Positions 1 through 11,072 of a DNA stretch of 64,000 bases are shown here, piece by piece. Every line of letters begins with the position of its first letter. Position 1 is the stretch's first letter. Where the stretch lies: the NCBI RefSeq assembly GCF_030161395.1, contig NZ_BSST01000001.1, positions 564,109 to 628,108 of the forward strand. Reading direction: 5' to 3'. This DNA is from Thalassotalea insulae (GTDB lineage: Bacteria > Pseudomonadota > Gammaproteobacteria > Enterobacterales > Alteromonadaceae). Under the pieces are notes generated by a model. It worked only from the letters and a program-made list of their open reading frames with translations. It was not told the DNA's origin and did not search any database. Both the position numbers and the translations under genes were made by a program.

Positions 1-242
1 AATAAGGTTCGAATAAAGCTCGCTGCTTCATTTAGTATTTCAACCGACTTATCAACATTCTGACCTTCTAAGGTAAAGAAAGTGACAAATACCTTGGCAT
101 AAGCCAAGTCGCGTGTCACTTCAACCGCTGAGACTGTCACCATACCTAAACGCGGATCTTTCACTTCACGCTGAATGATCATAGCCACTTCTTTTTGAAT
201 CTCTTGTCCGACTCTGTCGGTACGAGCAAATTCTCTTGCCAT
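1..242 (-). CDS. rbfA: ribosome-binding factor A, partial (C-terminus cut by window edge)
   Basis: Reverse-complement translation begins [38 protein letters not shown]..., closely matching RbfA N-terminus; lies immediately downstream of infB on same strand (conserved nusA-infB-rbfA order). Confidence 0.8.
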   Translation of the reverse strand, partial: MAREFARTDRVGQEIQKEVAMIIQREVKDPRLGMVTVSAVEVTRDLAYAKVFVTFFTLEGQNVDKSVEILNEAASFIRTL

Positions 243-412
243 ATATCTAACCCCTAACAAAAACGGAGGCCAAGCCTCCATTTTCTAATATTAATACGAG
301 CTATAGCCTAAGAGCGCCGATAATTTTGTCTAGAGCAAAGCTGATACGCGCAGCGTACAAGGGTACGAGAGCATATCCAATGCAGTTATAGACAAAAGAA
401 TCAAGCAATTAG

Positions 413-3085
413 CTATAACGAACGTTTAACTTCCACTGTTTCAAACACTTCGATTTGATCGCCAACTTTAACGTCATTATAGTTCTTAACGCCAATACCA
501 CATTCCGTACCATTACGTACTTCCTGGACATCATCTTTAAAGCGACGTAAAGATTCTAATTCACCTTCATAAATTACGACGTTTTCACGTAAGACACGAA
601 TTGGCGCACTACGTTTAATGGTACCTTCAGTTACCATACAACCAGCAATAGCACCAATTTTTGGCGATTTAAAGACATCACGTACTTCTGCAAGACCGAT
701 AATTTCTTGTTTGAATTCAGGTGCAAGCATACCGCTCATCGCCTGTTTCACTTCATCAATCAATGCATAAATTACGCTGTAATAACGTAAATCAACACCT
801 TCAGATTCAATCACTTTACGCGCTGCCGCATCGGCACGAACGTTAAAGCCAATAATAATTGCGTTAGAAGCCGCAGCTAAGGTCGCGTCAGTTTCAGTGA
901 TACCACCAACACCTGAACCGATGATCTTCACTTTCACTTCGTCAGTAGACAATTTCGTTAATGAATCGGAAATCGCTTCAAGTGACCCCTGAACGTCTGA
1001 TTTCAGTACAACATTAACCTCTGAAACATCCCCTTCTTCCATGTTAGAGAACATGTTTTCCAGTTTCGATTTTTGCTGACGTGCTAATTTAACATCACGG
1101 AACTTACCTTGACGATATAACGCCACTTCACGCGCTTTTTTCTCATCTTTAACCACGGTTGCTTCATCACCTGATTGAGGCACACCGCTTAAGCCCAAGA
1201 TTTCAACTGGAATCGAAGGCCCTGCAGATTTAATCTCTTTACCATTTTCATCACGCATCGCACGAACACGGCCATATTCAAGACCACATAAGACGATATC
1301 ACCTTGATTCAAGGTACCCTCTTGCACAAGTACTGTGGCAACAGGTCCGCGACCTTTATCAAGCTTCGACTCAACCACGACACCATTTGCCATTTTATCA
1401 ACAACAGCCGTTAGCTCTAAGACTTCTGCTTGTAATAAAATAGAATCCAGTAACTCGTCGATACCTAATCCAGTTTTCGCTGAAACGTGAACAAACTGGA
1501 CATCACCGCCCCAATCTTCAGGAATAACATCGTGTTGTGATAGCTCAGTCTTAACACGATCTGGATCGGCAGTTTCTTTATCCATCTTATTCACTGCGAT
1601 AATAATTGGCGCTTCAGATGCTTTGGCATGTTGAATCGCTTCAATCGTTTGTGGCATCACACCATCATCAGCAGCTACTACGATAATAACGATATCCGTT
1701 GCTTTAGCACCACGAGAGCGCATTGCAGTAAACGCAGCGTGACCTGGAGTATCTAAGAAAGTGATCATGCCATGACCAGTTTCTACGTGATAAGCACCGA
1801 TATGCTGGGTAATACCCCCCGCTTCACCATCTGCCACTTTTGCTTGACGAATATGGTCAAGTAATGACGTTTTACCATGGTCAACGTGACCCATAATAGT
1901 CACTACTGGCGCACGAGTTATAGACTCACCGGCATCACCACGGTCGGATAATACGGCTTCTTCTAAAGCATTTTCTTTCACAAGAACCACTTCACGACCC
2001 ATTTCTTCAGCAACTAGGGCTGCTGTTTCTTGGTCGATCACTTGGTTAATGGTTGCCATTGCCCCCATTTTAAACATCGCTTTAACCACTTCAGCGCCTT
2101 TAACTGACATTTTATTAGCCAATTCAGCAACAGAAATTGTTTCACCAATACGCACTTCTTGCAGTTTAGTTTCAACTGGCTTTTGGAAGCCATGCTTTAA
2201 GCTTTGCGGTGCAGATAAAGTTTGCTTACCTTTGCCTTTGCCTCGGCCTTTTGCTTGTTTGTCTTGTTGATTGCTCTTTTTCTTACGACGACGGCGTCCA
2301 CCATCTTCTTCAGAATCAATCTTATCTTCTGCTTCTTGCGCATATTTAGAAGACGTTAAATGTACGACCTCTTTTTCTTTCTCTTTACGCTCAGCTTCTT
2401 CTGCTTTCCAGCGGGCTTCATTTTCTTCCGCTAGTTTTTTAGCTGCTTCAGCTGCCGCTTTCGCTTCTGCTTCGGCTTTTTCTTCAGCCTCTTTTTCAGC
2501 TTGTAGACGAAGCTTCTTAGCTTCTTCACTTTCAACCGGCTCTGGTTCTGGCTCTTTTTCGCTATCACCAGCTTTCGCTTTAGCCGCTTTGGCTTTTGCT
2601 TCAGCCTCTGCTTTTGCTCTCGCCTTACGTTCAGCTTCTGCTGCCGCTTTGGCTTCGGCTTCCGATTTAGCCTTAGCTTCCGCTTCGGCTTTAGCTTTCG
2701 CTGCTGCTTCGGCCTCGGCTTTCGCTAACGCTTCGGCTTCTTCTTGTGCCTTAGCTTCCGCTTCGGCAATTTGCTGCTCTTCTAACTCGCTACGTTTAAC
2801 ATAAGTACGTTTCTTACGCACTTCCACTTGTACCGATTTAGCTTTGCTACCACTCCCCATAACGAGTGTTGATTTCTTTTTACGGCTTAACGTCATTTTG
2901 CTAGGTTTTGCCGCAGAATCATCGCCATGTTGTTTTTTCAGATGCTCTAAAAGCGACTCTTTCTCATCTTGAGATATAGTGTCTGCCGCTTGTTTGTTAA
3001 CACCAATGCTTGCCAATTGGCCAACCAATTTATCGATTGGTGTGCCTATTTCTTTGGCAAGTTCTTCTACTGTTACAGATGCCAT
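413..3085 (-). CDS. infB: translation initiation factor IF-2
   Basis: 890 aa; Ala/Glu/Lys-rich N-terminal region, GTP-binding motifs ([17 protein letters not shown]), C-terminal IF2 beta-barrel domains; synteny nusA-infB. Confidence 0.95.
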   Translation of the reverse strand: MASVTVEELAKEIGTPIDKLVGQLASIGVNKQAADTISQDEKESLLEHLKKQHGDDSAAKPSKMTLSRKKKSTLVMGSGSKAKSVQVEVRKKRTYVKRSELEEQQIAEAEAKAQEEAEALAKAEAEAAAKAKAEAEAKAKSEAEAKAAAEAERKARAKAEAEAKAKAAKAKAGDSEKEPEPEPVESEEAKKLRLQAEKEAEEKAEAEAKAAAEAAKKLAEENEARWKAEEAERKEKEKEVVHLTSSKYAQEAEDKIDSEEDGGRRRRKKKSNQQDKQAKGRGKGKGKQTLSAPQSLKHGFQKPVETKLQEVRIGETISVAELANKMSVKGAEVVKAMFKMGAMATINQVIDQETAALVAEEMGREVVLVKENALEEAVLSDRGDAGESITRAPVVTIMGHVDHGKTSLLDHIRQAKVADGEAGGITQHIGAYHVETGHGMITFLDTPGHAAFTAMRSRGAKATDIVIIVVAADDGVMPQTIEAIQHAKASEAPIIIAVNKMDKETADPDRVKTELSQHDVIPEDWGGDVQFVHVSAKTGLGIDELLDSILLQAEVLELTAVVDKMANGVVVESKLDKGRGPVATVLVQEGTLNQGDIVLCGLEYGRVRAMRDENGKEIKSAGPSIPVEILGLSGVPQSGDEATVVKDEKKAREVALYRQGKFRDVKLARQQKSKLENMFSNMEEGDVSEVNVVLKSDVQGSLEAISDSLTKLSTDEVKVKIIGSGVGGITETDATLAAASNAIIIGFNVRADAAARKVIESEGVDLRYYSVIYALIDEVKQAMSGMLAPEFKQEIIGLAEVRDVFKSPKIGAIAGCMVTEGTIKRSAPIRVLRENVVIYEGELESLRRFKDDVQEVRNGTECGIGVKNYNDVKVGDQIEVFETVEVKRSL

Positions 3086-3108
3086 CTATTTAATTCCCCC
3101 AGGGATTT

Positions 3109-4605
3109 TTATTCTTCGTTAAACCAGCAAATATTACGCGCGGCCATAATTAACTCACCCGCTCTGGTTTCATCTAATTCCTCAATGTCAGCAAGTTCAT
3201 CAACACCTTGCTCCGCTAAATCTTCTAGCGTGCGTACACCGCGACTTGCGAGGACAAAGGCTAAGTGGCGTTCTAACCCTTCTAATGCTAATAAATCTTC
3301 AGCTGGCTCGGCATTTTCTAATGATTCTTCACTAGCAAGTGCCTGTGTTGTTAATGCCGCTTTTGCTCGTTCACGTAATTCTTCAACGATGTCTTCATCC
3401 ATGCCATCAATTTCAAGTAATTCAGCCGTCGGCACATAGGCAATCTCTTCTAATGAAGTAAAACCTTCTTCAGCAAGCAAAGTAGCAAAATCTTCGTCAA
3501 TATCTAATTGTTCAGTAAATAAAGTTAAGACTTTGTCATTTTCCGCCTGATGTTTTTCGTTCATGGCATCAACCGTCATTACATTCAGTTCCCAACCAGT
3601 TAAATTACTGGCCAGACGAACGTTTTGGCCGCTACGACCGATTGCCATCGCTAAGTTGCCTTCTTCAACCGCAATATCCATAGTGCGCTTGTCTTCATCA
3701 ACAATGATTGAAGCGACTTCAGCAGGCGCCATTGCATTAATGACAAACTGAGCAGGATTATCGTCATATAACACGATATCAACACGCTCACCGCCAAGCT
3801 CGCCTGAAACGGCCTGTACACGAGAGCCTCGCATACCAACACAAGCACCAACAGGGTCAATACGCTTGTCATTTGACTTAACCGCAATTTTTGCTCGTGA
3901 ACCTGGATCGCGCGCTGCACCTTTAATTTCCAGCATTTCTTCACCAATTTCCGGCACTTCAACGCGAAACAATTCAATCAACATTTCAGGTTTTGTACGA
4001 GAAACAAATAATTGCGCACCGCGAGCTTCCGGTTTAATGGCATAAAGTAATCCACGCACACGGTCACCCGGACGGAACACTTCACGAGGTAACAGGTCAT
4101 CACGATAAATAATCGCTTCAGCGTTATTACCTAAATCCAAAATCACGCTATCACGGCTGGCTTTTTTCACCACACCTGTGATTAGTTCACCCACTTGATC
4201 CTGATAAGCATCAATCACAATAGCACGCTCAGCTTCACGTACTTTTTGTACGATTACTTGCTTCGCAGTTTGCGTAGTAATACGGTCAAACTTTACTGAT
4301 TCAATTTGCTCTTCAACATAGTCGCCTACCTGAACACTGTCATCGTCATATTGCGCCGCTGCTAATCCAATTTCAGCATAAGGGTTTTCTATAACCTCTT
4401 CAGTGTCTTCAACTACTAACCAACGTCTAAAGGTATCAAACTCACCTGTTTTACGATCGATACAAACACGAACGGCAATATCACCTTCATATTTCTTCTT
4501 GGTGGCGGTTTCTAATGCGGTTTCCATTGCTTCAAAAATACTTTCGCGTGGCAATGCTTTTTCATTAGATACGGCATCTACAACCAGTAAAATTTCCTTA
4601 CTCAT
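3109..4605 (-). CDS. nusA: transcription termination/antitermination factor NusA
   Basis: 498 aa; S1 and KH-like regions and acidic C-terminal repeats; sits between rimP and infB. Confidence 0.95.
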   Translation of the reverse strand: MSKEILLVVDAVSNEKALPRESIFEAMETALETATKKKYEGDIAVRVCIDRKTGEFDTFRRWLVVEDTEEVIENPYAEIGLAAAQYDDDSVQVGDYVEEQIESVKFDRITTQTAKQVIVQKVREAERAIVIDAYQDQVGELITGVVKKASRDSVILDLGNNAEAIIYRDDLLPREVFRPGDRVRGLLYAIKPEARGAQLFVSRTKPEMLIELFRVEVPEIGEEMLEIKGAARDPGSRAKIAVKSNDKRIDPVGACVGMRGSRVQAVSGELGGERVDIVLYDDNPAQFVINAMAPAEVASIIVDEDKRTMDIAVEEGNLAMAIGRSGQNVRLASNLTGWELNVMTVDAMNEKHQAENDKVLTLFTEQLDIDEDFATLLAEEGFTSLEEIAYVPTAELLEIDGMDEDIVEELRERAKAALTTQALASEESLENAEPAEDLLALEGLERHLAFVLASRGVRTLEDLAEQGVDELADIEELDETRAGELIMAARNICWFNEE

Positions 4606-4645
4606 GCTACTTAGCCTTTATTAATCGTTATAATTCAATAATCTA

Positions 4646-5104
4646 TTAGTCAAATTTTGGTACTAGATTGCCCTTGTCGATATTACTAAAGACAAGTTCG
4701 TAATCTTCACCATCTACCGTTACCACAAGCGTGTCATTTTCAATCGCCGCGAGTAAGCCTTTAAATTTGCGGCGACCATTTAACGGTAGCGATAATCTGA
4801 TATTTACCGTTTCACCAATAACAGCCTGATAATGCGCTAAGCTAAACAAAGGGCGGTCTAAGCCTGGTGATGAAACTTCCAAGTTGTATTCTGTGCTGAT
4901 CGGGTCTTCTACATCGAGAATAGCCCCTACTTGACGACTCACTTCTGCACAATCATCAACGTCAATGCCGTTTTCATGATCAATAAAAAGTCTTAATACA
5001 GAATGTTTGCCTGCACTAATAAACTCAATACCTAATAATTCTTTACCAACTTCTTCAACTGCCGGTCGTAACATTTCCGTTAATTTATGTTCAAATTTAG
5101 CCAA
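4646..5104 (-). CDS. rimP: ribosome maturation factor RimP
   Basis: 152 aa, position directly upstream of nusA, typical RimP/YhbC length and sequence (…LEVSSPGLDRPL…). Confidence 0.85.
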   Translation of the reverse strand: MAKFEHKLTEMLRPAVEEVGKELLGIEFISAGKHSVLRLFIDHENGIDVDDCAEVSRQVGAILDVEDPISTEYNLEVSSPGLDRPLFSLAHYQAVIGETVNIRLSLPLNGRRKFKGLLAAIENDTLVVTVDGEDYELVFSNIDKGNLVPKFD

Positions 5105-5666
5105 TCAATTTCTCCGTTTTTCCAACATTCAGAAACAAAAAAAGGGCGTAAAGCCCAGCGATAATACTTGCTGTCATGCACCTTGCGATCTCAGATCGAT
5201 AAGATACAAAAAAACCCCAAAGTCGGGGCCTATTTTCACTGAACCCACGATGTTCGCTAAGTTAAATGAGCTTATCAAAACAACTTAGTAACCAAAGCAA
5301 TAATAAGGTAAACCGAACTATAAGATAACTCGACTAGCCTTCCAGTGACTTATTGCCCCAGATGAGATGCGCGAAATTATATAGTGATAACGACCAGACC
5401 GCAAGTACATTTCATCAAAGGGGCGATGAATTTCTCACAGCTAAAACATTTATTTTCCAATAATCCCTTACGCTTTCACTTGCTTGGTTCGCTTTCACTA
5501 TTTTTTCATGCTATAACAGCGAATGATAGTAAAAAATATATGTGTAACTTATTAAAATGTATCGATAATCACGACGATATTTATTTATCCACTATACTGA
5601 AAGTTGCACACTAATAAATAACTAGATCGCTTCGCTATCGATTGAACTAACTGGTTGAAGGTTTTT

Positions 5667-7550
5667 ATGTATACATATTCGCAGATGATTGCCAAAAATA
5701 TGCTTATTGCTGCCGTCTGTAGTGTGCTTTTTTCCGGCGTCACTTTTAAGTTGTTGTCAGGTAATGCAGAACATCAACAAAAGCTCCAACAGCAAATGTT
5801 AGCTCAGTTATATTCACAATCTGTTGAATATAACGCTAATAAAATTAAAGCTATTGCCCAGCCATTAACTCAATATCATTTTGCCCAGCTTGAAATTAAC
5901 TCAGCAAACGCTCAGCAAAGTTACAGAGTCAACAATGAACAATCAGCTGTGGCACAACTTATCGCTCCTGAGCCTGCAATCTTTAAACTCGCCAAGCAAC
6001 AACTGCAATTTAAATTGCAAATTAATACCAATGATAGCGCCACGTTATTTATTTACCTTTCACTTACCATGATGTTTCTGTCATTTGCGATTGTATTAAT
6101 TGGTGGCCAGTTTAGTATTCAACGTTATAAAAATATTATCAAAAGTATCAATCTGCAGATTAAAAATGCGTTAACAGGCATTTTGCACGCCGAGCAAGGA
6201 GCTGATAACAAGCAAACAACGCTATTTGATTTACCTGAACTAAATAACGGTATCAATGAAATCAATGAAATGGTGAATGAGCTTATCTCTGATAAAGGGG
6301 TGTTAAAAAAAGAAGCCTATATCGAACCGTTAACCCAGTTTGAAAATCGCACTCGCTTTGTTCAATATTTTGAAAGTAAAAATGAAACGGTAGATTTTGG
6401 CGTATTAACTATCACCCGGTGTTCAGAATTACAAACCGTCAACCAAATTCACGGCTATACCGAAGGTGATAATTACATTTGCAAAGTCGCAGATATTTTG
6501 AAAAAAGCTTGCAGTAAATACCAATTCGCGAAAATATTTCGCCTTAACAGCTCAGATTTTGCCACTATATTACCCAATACCACGTTAAAAGACGCGGAAA
6601 ACTATGCAGAAGATATCAGTAATTATTTTAATGAGTACCAGCAAGCTTCTGACCTTGATTCCGTCGGTTATACCGGTTTAGTGTATTTTGATAAGAGTAA
6701 TTCCTTAGGCGAGCTATTGGCGCTGGCAGATACCGGTATCAGTGTTGCCCAAACCAAACAAATCAATGCCTGGTATGCACAAACCGATACCGATATTTTA
6801 GCAAGCTCTAGTGCTAGTTATGGTAATCAAAACTGGCGTCAGGAAATTGATAACGTTATTGATAACCACAGGGTTAAACTACTTGTACAACAAATCAAAC
6901 CAACCACACGTAGCGCCCGTGTTTATAACGAAATTTTAGCTCGTTTCCTTAATTCCAATGAGGAAATGCTGCCGACCGCCTCTTTTATCGCGATGGCTGA
7001 AAAACTCGATAAAATAGTCGCTATTGATAAATTGATCATTGAAACTGCCATCACTGAAATTAGTCGCAAAAACTTAACCGAACAACATTTTGGCATTAAT
7101 ATCAGTGCCCGCACTATCCACGACGAACAATTTATGATTTGGCTCGAGCGTCGCTTATTAAAAGAAGCTCGCATAGCAAAAAATTTAGTCTTTGAAATTA
7201 GTGAATTTGGTCTACAACAAAATATTAAAACCAGTAAACGCTTTATTGACATGATCCATAGAGTGGGAGCCAGGATCACAGTAGAACGCTTCGGTGTCGG
7301 CCTGACTTCCTTTAAGTTCTTTCGCGACCTTAAGCCTGACTTTATCAAAATGGACAGCATCTATACCCGAGACATAGATGAAGATAAAAACAATCAATAC
7401 TTCCTGCGACTAATGGTTGATCTCGCGCATCGCCTGAGTATAACAGTACTGGCAGAAAGCGTTGAAAGTCAGGAAGAAAAATTCATGTTAGAAAAGCTAT
7501 TCGTTGATGGCTGCCAAGGTTTTTATCTGGGTAAGCCGGAAGCGATTTAA
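5667..7550 (+). CDS. membrane-anchored degenerate GGDEF-EAL domain protein (CsrD/MshH-like)
   Basis: Two N-terminal TM segments, a GGDEF-like fold without a GG(D/E)EF motif, and an EAL-type domain (EIL...FEISEF...KMDSIY) in which the DDFGTG metal-binding motif is replaced by ERFGVG. The ORF track opens at 5655 with TTG, so I chose the ATG at 5667 preceded by GAAGG. Confidence 0.6.
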   Translation: MYTYSQMIAKNMLIAAVCSVLFSGVTFKLLSGNAEHQQKLQQQMLAQLYSQSVEYNANKIKAIAQPLTQYHFAQLEINSANAQQSYRVNNEQSAVAQLIAPEPAIFKLAKQQLQFKLQINTNDSATLFIYLSLTMMFLSFAIVLIGGQFSIQRYKNIIKSINLQIKNALTGILHAEQGADNKQTTLFDLPELNNGINEINEMVNELISDKGVLKKEAYIEPLTQFENRTRFVQYFESKNETVDFGVLTITRCSELQTVNQIHGYTEGDNYICKVADILKKACSKYQFAKIFRLNSSDFATILPNTTLKDAENYAEDISNYFNEYQQASDLDSVGYTGLVYFDKSNSLGELLALADTGISVAQTKQINAWYAQTDTDILASSSASYGNQNWRQEIDNVIDNHRVKLLVQQIKPTTRSARVYNEILARFLNSNEEMLPTASFIAMAEKLDKIVAIDKLIIETAITEISRKNLTEQHFGINISARTIHDEQFMIWLERRLLKEARIAKNLVFEISEFGLQQNIKTSKRFIDMIHRVGARITVERFGVGLTSFKFFRDLKPDFIKMDSIYTRDIDEDKNNQYFLRLMVDLAHRLSITVLAESVESQEEKFMLEKLFVDGCQGFYLGKPEAI

Positions 7551-7562
7551 TCCACTAACTGT

Positions 7563-7594
7563 CCCATTTATTCTTTAAAAAATGAATAAATGGG
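7563..7594 (+). terminator. stem-loop immediately after the GGDEF-EAL gene (11-bp perfect inverted repeat cccatttattc / gaataaatggg)
   Basis: Perfect 11-bp inverted repeat 13 bp after the stop codon; weak U-tract, so possibly a terminator or an RNA-stability hairpin. Confidence 0.35.
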
Positions 7595-7799
7595 AGCCCC
7601 TAATTTAGAGTAAAATTTAGACGGCAGAGCACAAGCTTCATTAAATCCCTACAACTTATATGTAAAATATTGCAGACATTTTCCCATGTACACCACAAAA
7701 GTTATTGCATATGCATCAACATTTATTAATTTGAGCTGTTGTTATCTGAGCCAGAAAGTCGGATAATATAGGGAATTTATTCAATATCATTAATTTAGC

Positions 7800-8381
7800 A
7801 TGACTGACTACCTATTATTATTAGTGGGAACAGTATTAGTAAACAACTTTGTTTTAGTAAAGTTTCTTGGTTTATGCCCTTTTATGGGGGTATCGTCAAA
7901 AGTAGAAACTGCTATTGGCATGTCCTATGCGACCACCTTTGTGATGACGCTGGCTTCACTGCTTAGTTACCTAGTACAAACTTATTTACTGGCGCCGTTA
8001 GGGTTAGAATTTTTAACCACCATGACGTTTATCCTAGTGATTGCCGTAGTGGTCCAGTTTACTGAAATGGTGGTACATAAAACCAGTGCTAATTTATATC
8101 GTTCTCTGGGTATTTTCTTACCTTTGATCACTACTAACTGTGCAGTATTAGGTGTCGCCCTGCTCAACATCTATGAACAACATAATTTTTTGGAGTCAAT
8201 CATATACGGCTTTAGCGCTGCATTAGGCTTTTCATTAGTATTAATTATGTTTTCCGCAATGCGTGAAAAATTAGCGAATGCTGACGTGCCAACGCCATTT
8301 AAAGGCTCCGCGATCGCAATGATCACCGCAGGTTTAATGTCACTCGCCTTTATGGGATTTACTGGCTTGGTGAAATTCTAA
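7800..8381 (+). CDS. rnfA: electron transport complex subunit RnfA (RsxA)
   Basis: 193-aa polytopic membrane protein, [32 protein letters not shown] signature; first gene of rnfABCDGE-nth cluster. Confidence 0.9.
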   Translation: MTDYLLLLVGTVLVNNFVLVKFLGLCPFMGVSSKVETAIGMSYATTFVMTLASLLSYLVQTYLLAPLGLEFLTTMTFILVIAVVVQFTEMVVHKTSANLYRSLGIFLPLITTNCAVLGVALLNIYEQHNFLESIIYGFSAALGFSLVLIMFSAMREKLANADVPTPFKGSAIAMITAGLMSLAFMGFTGLVKF

Positions 8382-8935
8382 TGACCATACTTATTGCCAT
8401 TGTAGTTATAGGCTTGATCGGCGTAGCCTTTGGCGCACTGCTCGGTTTTGCTTCCATTCATTTTAAAGTCGAAGGCGACCCTCTAGCAGAACAGCTCGAT
8501 GCCTTGTTACCTCAAACCCAATGCGGCCAATGCGGTTACCCTGGTTGTAAACCTTATGCTGAAGCAGTCGCAAATGGTGAAGCCATTAATAAATGCGCCC
8601 CCGGCGGTGAAGAAACCATTAAAAAAATCGCCGATCTAATGGGCGTTGAAGTGCAACCGTTAGATGCAGCCCATGAAACCGATAACACCCCCAAAGTCGC
8701 CTTTATTATTGAAGAAGACTGTATCGGTTGTACTAAATGTATTCAGGCCTGCCCGGTTGATGCCATTATCGGGGCAACGAAACAAATGCATACCATTATT
8801 GCTGAAGAGTGCACTGGCTGCGACTTATGTGTGGCGCCCTGCCCGGTAGACTGTATTGAAATGCGTCCAATTAAACAAACACCTAAAAACTGGCAATGGG
8901 ATCTCGATAGCATCTCTGTCGTGCAAGTAGATTAA
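8381..8935 (+). CDS. rnfB: electron transport complex subunit RnfB (RsxB), Fe-S
   Basis: N-terminal TM helix, CxxCxxC cluster-binding motifs and two ferredoxin-type CxxCxxCxxxCP motifs; start overlaps rnfA stop (TAATG). Confidence 0.9.
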   Translation: MTILIAIVVIGLIGVAFGALLGFASIHFKVEGDPLAEQLDALLPQTQCGQCGYPGCKPYAEAVANGEAINKCAPGGEETIKKIADLMGVEVQPLDAAHETDNTPKVAFIIEEDCIGCTKCIQACPVDAIIGATKQMHTIIAEECTGCDLCVAPCPVDCIEMRPIKQTPKNWQWDLDSISVVQVD

Positions 8936-8945
8936 AGAGGTAGAA

Positions 8946-11069
8946 GTGGAATCAGTTATCGAACGCATAGAAAAAGGTCATTTTTGGAAGTTTCACGGAG
9001 GGATCCACCCACCGGAAATGAAATTTCTCACCTCAGATAAACCTATTCGTCCATTGGCAATGCCACCTGAATTAATCATTCCTGTTCAGCAACATATCGG
9101 GGAAGCTGGTCAGCTAATCGTATCTGTCGGTGAACAAGTTAAAAAAGGCCAGCCACTGACTAAAAGTTCGATGCCGTTATCGGTACCTGTCCATGCCCCT
9201 ACTAGTGGTACTATTAGTGCAATAGAAAATTCGGTGATCGCTCACCCTTCCGGTTTAGAAGAATTATGTATTAAGCTGCTCCCAGATGGTGAAGACAGCT
9301 GGTGTCAACGTCAATTAACGCCCGATTATCAAACATTAACCAAACACCAGATCATTGAAAAAATTGCCCAGGCAGGTATTTCCGGCATGGGTGGCGCAGG
9401 CTTTCCAACCCATATTAAAGTCAATACTCAAGCCCAAATCAATTACTTGATCATCAATGCGGCCGAATGTGAGCCTTATATTAGCGCCGATGATTTATTA
9501 ATCAGGGAGCATAACTCCACCATAGTAGATGGCATCAATATTCTCGATCACTTACTTGAACCAGCATTTATCCTGATCGGTATAGAAGATAATAAACCCG
9601 AAGCGATTCAGGCGTTAAAGAAAGCCACTGCGGCAAACGATAAAATCAAAATTTGTGTCTTACCAACTAAGTACCCAACGGGTGGCGAAAAACAGCTGAT
9701 CATGGCACTAACGGGTCAAGAAGTTCCATCCGGCGTATTACCCAGCAGTCTGGGAATTGTCATGCAAAACATAGCGACTTGCTATGCCATTGCCGATGCG
9801 GTGATCCACGACACACCACTGATTAAACGAGTAGTAACATTGTCAGGGCGCGCACTGGCAAAACCACAAAACGTCTGGGCATTGCTCGGTACTCCTGTAG
9901 AATTTTTACTGCAACAATGCGGTTATCCAGAACTAGCGAAAAAGCACATTATCATGGGTGGCCCTATGATGGGCTTTAGTTTACCCAGCACTCAGGTACC
10001 AGTAGTGAAAACCACTAACTGCGTGTTAGCTCCTAGCGAACAAGAAATTCCCGATAATAATAAGGAAGTAGAATGTATTCGTTGTGGACAATGTGCTGAA
10101 GTCTGCCCAAGTCAGCTATTGCCACAAGAGTTACAGTGGAGCGCCAAAGCAAAAGATCAACAAGAGTTAGAAGCATTAAACTTATTTGATTGTATCGAAT
10201 GTGGTGCCTGTGCCTATGTTTGCCCGAGCCATATACCTCTAGTGCATTATTATCGGGTAGCAAAAGCAGAGATTCGCCAGCAAAAATTACTCGATCTAAA
10301 AGCAGAAAAAGCTAAACAACGCTTTGAAGCGCGCAAAGTTCGGTTAGAACGCGATAAACTAGCACGAGAAGAAAAACACCGTAAAGCAGCAGAAGCTCGT
10401 AAAGCAAAAATGAATGCCGGCACTGAAGATGCGAATAATGAAAAATCTGCTGTCGCGGCAGCGCTTGCAAGAGTCAAAGCGAAAAAAGCCCAAGCTCAGT
10501 CAGGGCAAGCCTCCGCCTCGCAAAATAACGAGCAGAGCAATGAGCAAGTCAATGATAAAAAGTCGCAGGTAGCGGCAGCAGTTGCCAGAGCAAAAGCGAA
10601 AAAGCTCGCCGCAGCTAATGCAAAATCAGTCACTAACCAAGCAGCAGACGATCATCTAAACAATGACACCGCTGTAGATACAACACCAGCTAACATCACC
10701 GCACAGGATGATAAAAAGGCAAAAATCGCCGCGGCAGTAGCGAAAGCGAAAGCCAAAAAAGCATCATCCGCCCCAGAAGTTCAGGAAGACCAACAAGAAC
10801 CTGACATTAAGCCTGAAGTAAATGAGAAAAAAGATCGTATCGCTGCGGCTGTAGCCAAAGCAAAGGCAAAAAAACAGGCAGCAAAACAAGCAAGCACAAA
10901 TGCTAATAGTGACACATCCGATAATCCACCATCGGATGACGATAACAGTCAACGAGCTGAGCCTATGACACAAGTAGCACCAAGTGAGCAGCCAATGGAT
11001 AAAAAAGCACGCATTGCCGCCGCTGTGGCAAAAGCGAAAGCGAAAAAACAACAAGCAGAGTCAAAATAA
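8946..11069 (+). CDS. rnfC: electron transport complex subunit RnfC (RsxC) with long repetitive C-terminal extension
   Basis: GTG start after AGAGG RBS; NADH/FMN-binding core (GxGGAGFP), two 4Fe-4S ferredoxin motifs, then an approximately 250-aa Ala/Lys-rich tail with 5 repeats of (D/E)KK..IAAAVAKAKAKK. Confidence 0.9.
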   Translation: MESVIERIEKGHFWKFHGGIHPPEMKFLTSDKPIRPLAMPPELIIPVQQHIGEAGQLIVSVGEQVKKGQPLTKSSMPLSVPVHAPTSGTISAIENSVIAHPSGLEELCIKLLPDGEDSWCQRQLTPDYQTLTKHQIIEKIAQAGISGMGGAGFPTHIKVNTQAQINYLIINAAECEPYISADDLLIREHNSTIVDGINILDHLLEPAFILIGIEDNKPEAIQALKKATAANDKIKICVLPTKYPTGGEKQLIMALTGQEVPSGVLPSSLGIVMQNIATCYAIADAVIHDTPLIKRVVTLSGRALAKPQNVWALLGTPVEFLLQQCGYPELAKKHIIMGGPMMGFSLPSTQVPVVKTTNCVLAPSEQEIPDNNKEVECIRCGQCAEVCPSQLLPQELQWSAKAKDQQELEALNLFDCIECGACAYVCPSHIPLVHYYRVAKAEIRQQKLLDLKAEKAKQRFEARKVRLERDKLAREEKHRKAAEARKAKMNAGTEDANNEKSAVAAALARVKAKKAQAQSGQASASQNNEQSNEQVNDKKSQVAAAVARAKAKKLAAANAKSVTNQAADDHLNNDTAVDTTPANITAQDDKKAKIAAAVAKAKAKKASSAPEVQEDQQEPDIKPEVNEKKDRIAAAVAKAKAKKQAAKQASTNANSDTSDNPPSDDDNSQRAEPMTQVAPSEQPMDKKARIAAAVAKAKAKKQQAESK

Positions 11070-11072
11070 ATC

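Noticed and set aside
413-3085. Ala/Glu/Lys repeat regions in IF2 (and similarly TolA 44501-45400) as novel repeats
   Set aside because: These low-complexity helical linkers are normal, well-known features of IF2 N-domains and TolA domain II.
2049-3439. ORFs of 73-177 aa on the plus strand inside and antisense to infB
   Set aside because: They are shadow ORFs created by the repetitive GCT/GCC-rich antisense of the Ala/Glu/Lys-rich IF2 N-terminal region. They have no RBS and low-complexity Ser/Ala products.
5384-5614. 76-aa plus-strand ORF upstream of the GGDEF-EAL gene
   Set aside because: It lies in an AT-rich intergenic region with no RBS and no recognisable motif. It is probably spurious, though the region might encode an sRNA.
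10033-11054. Minus-strand ORFs inside rnfC
   Set aside because: They are antisense to a strongly supported conserved gene and its repeat tail, with no start context.
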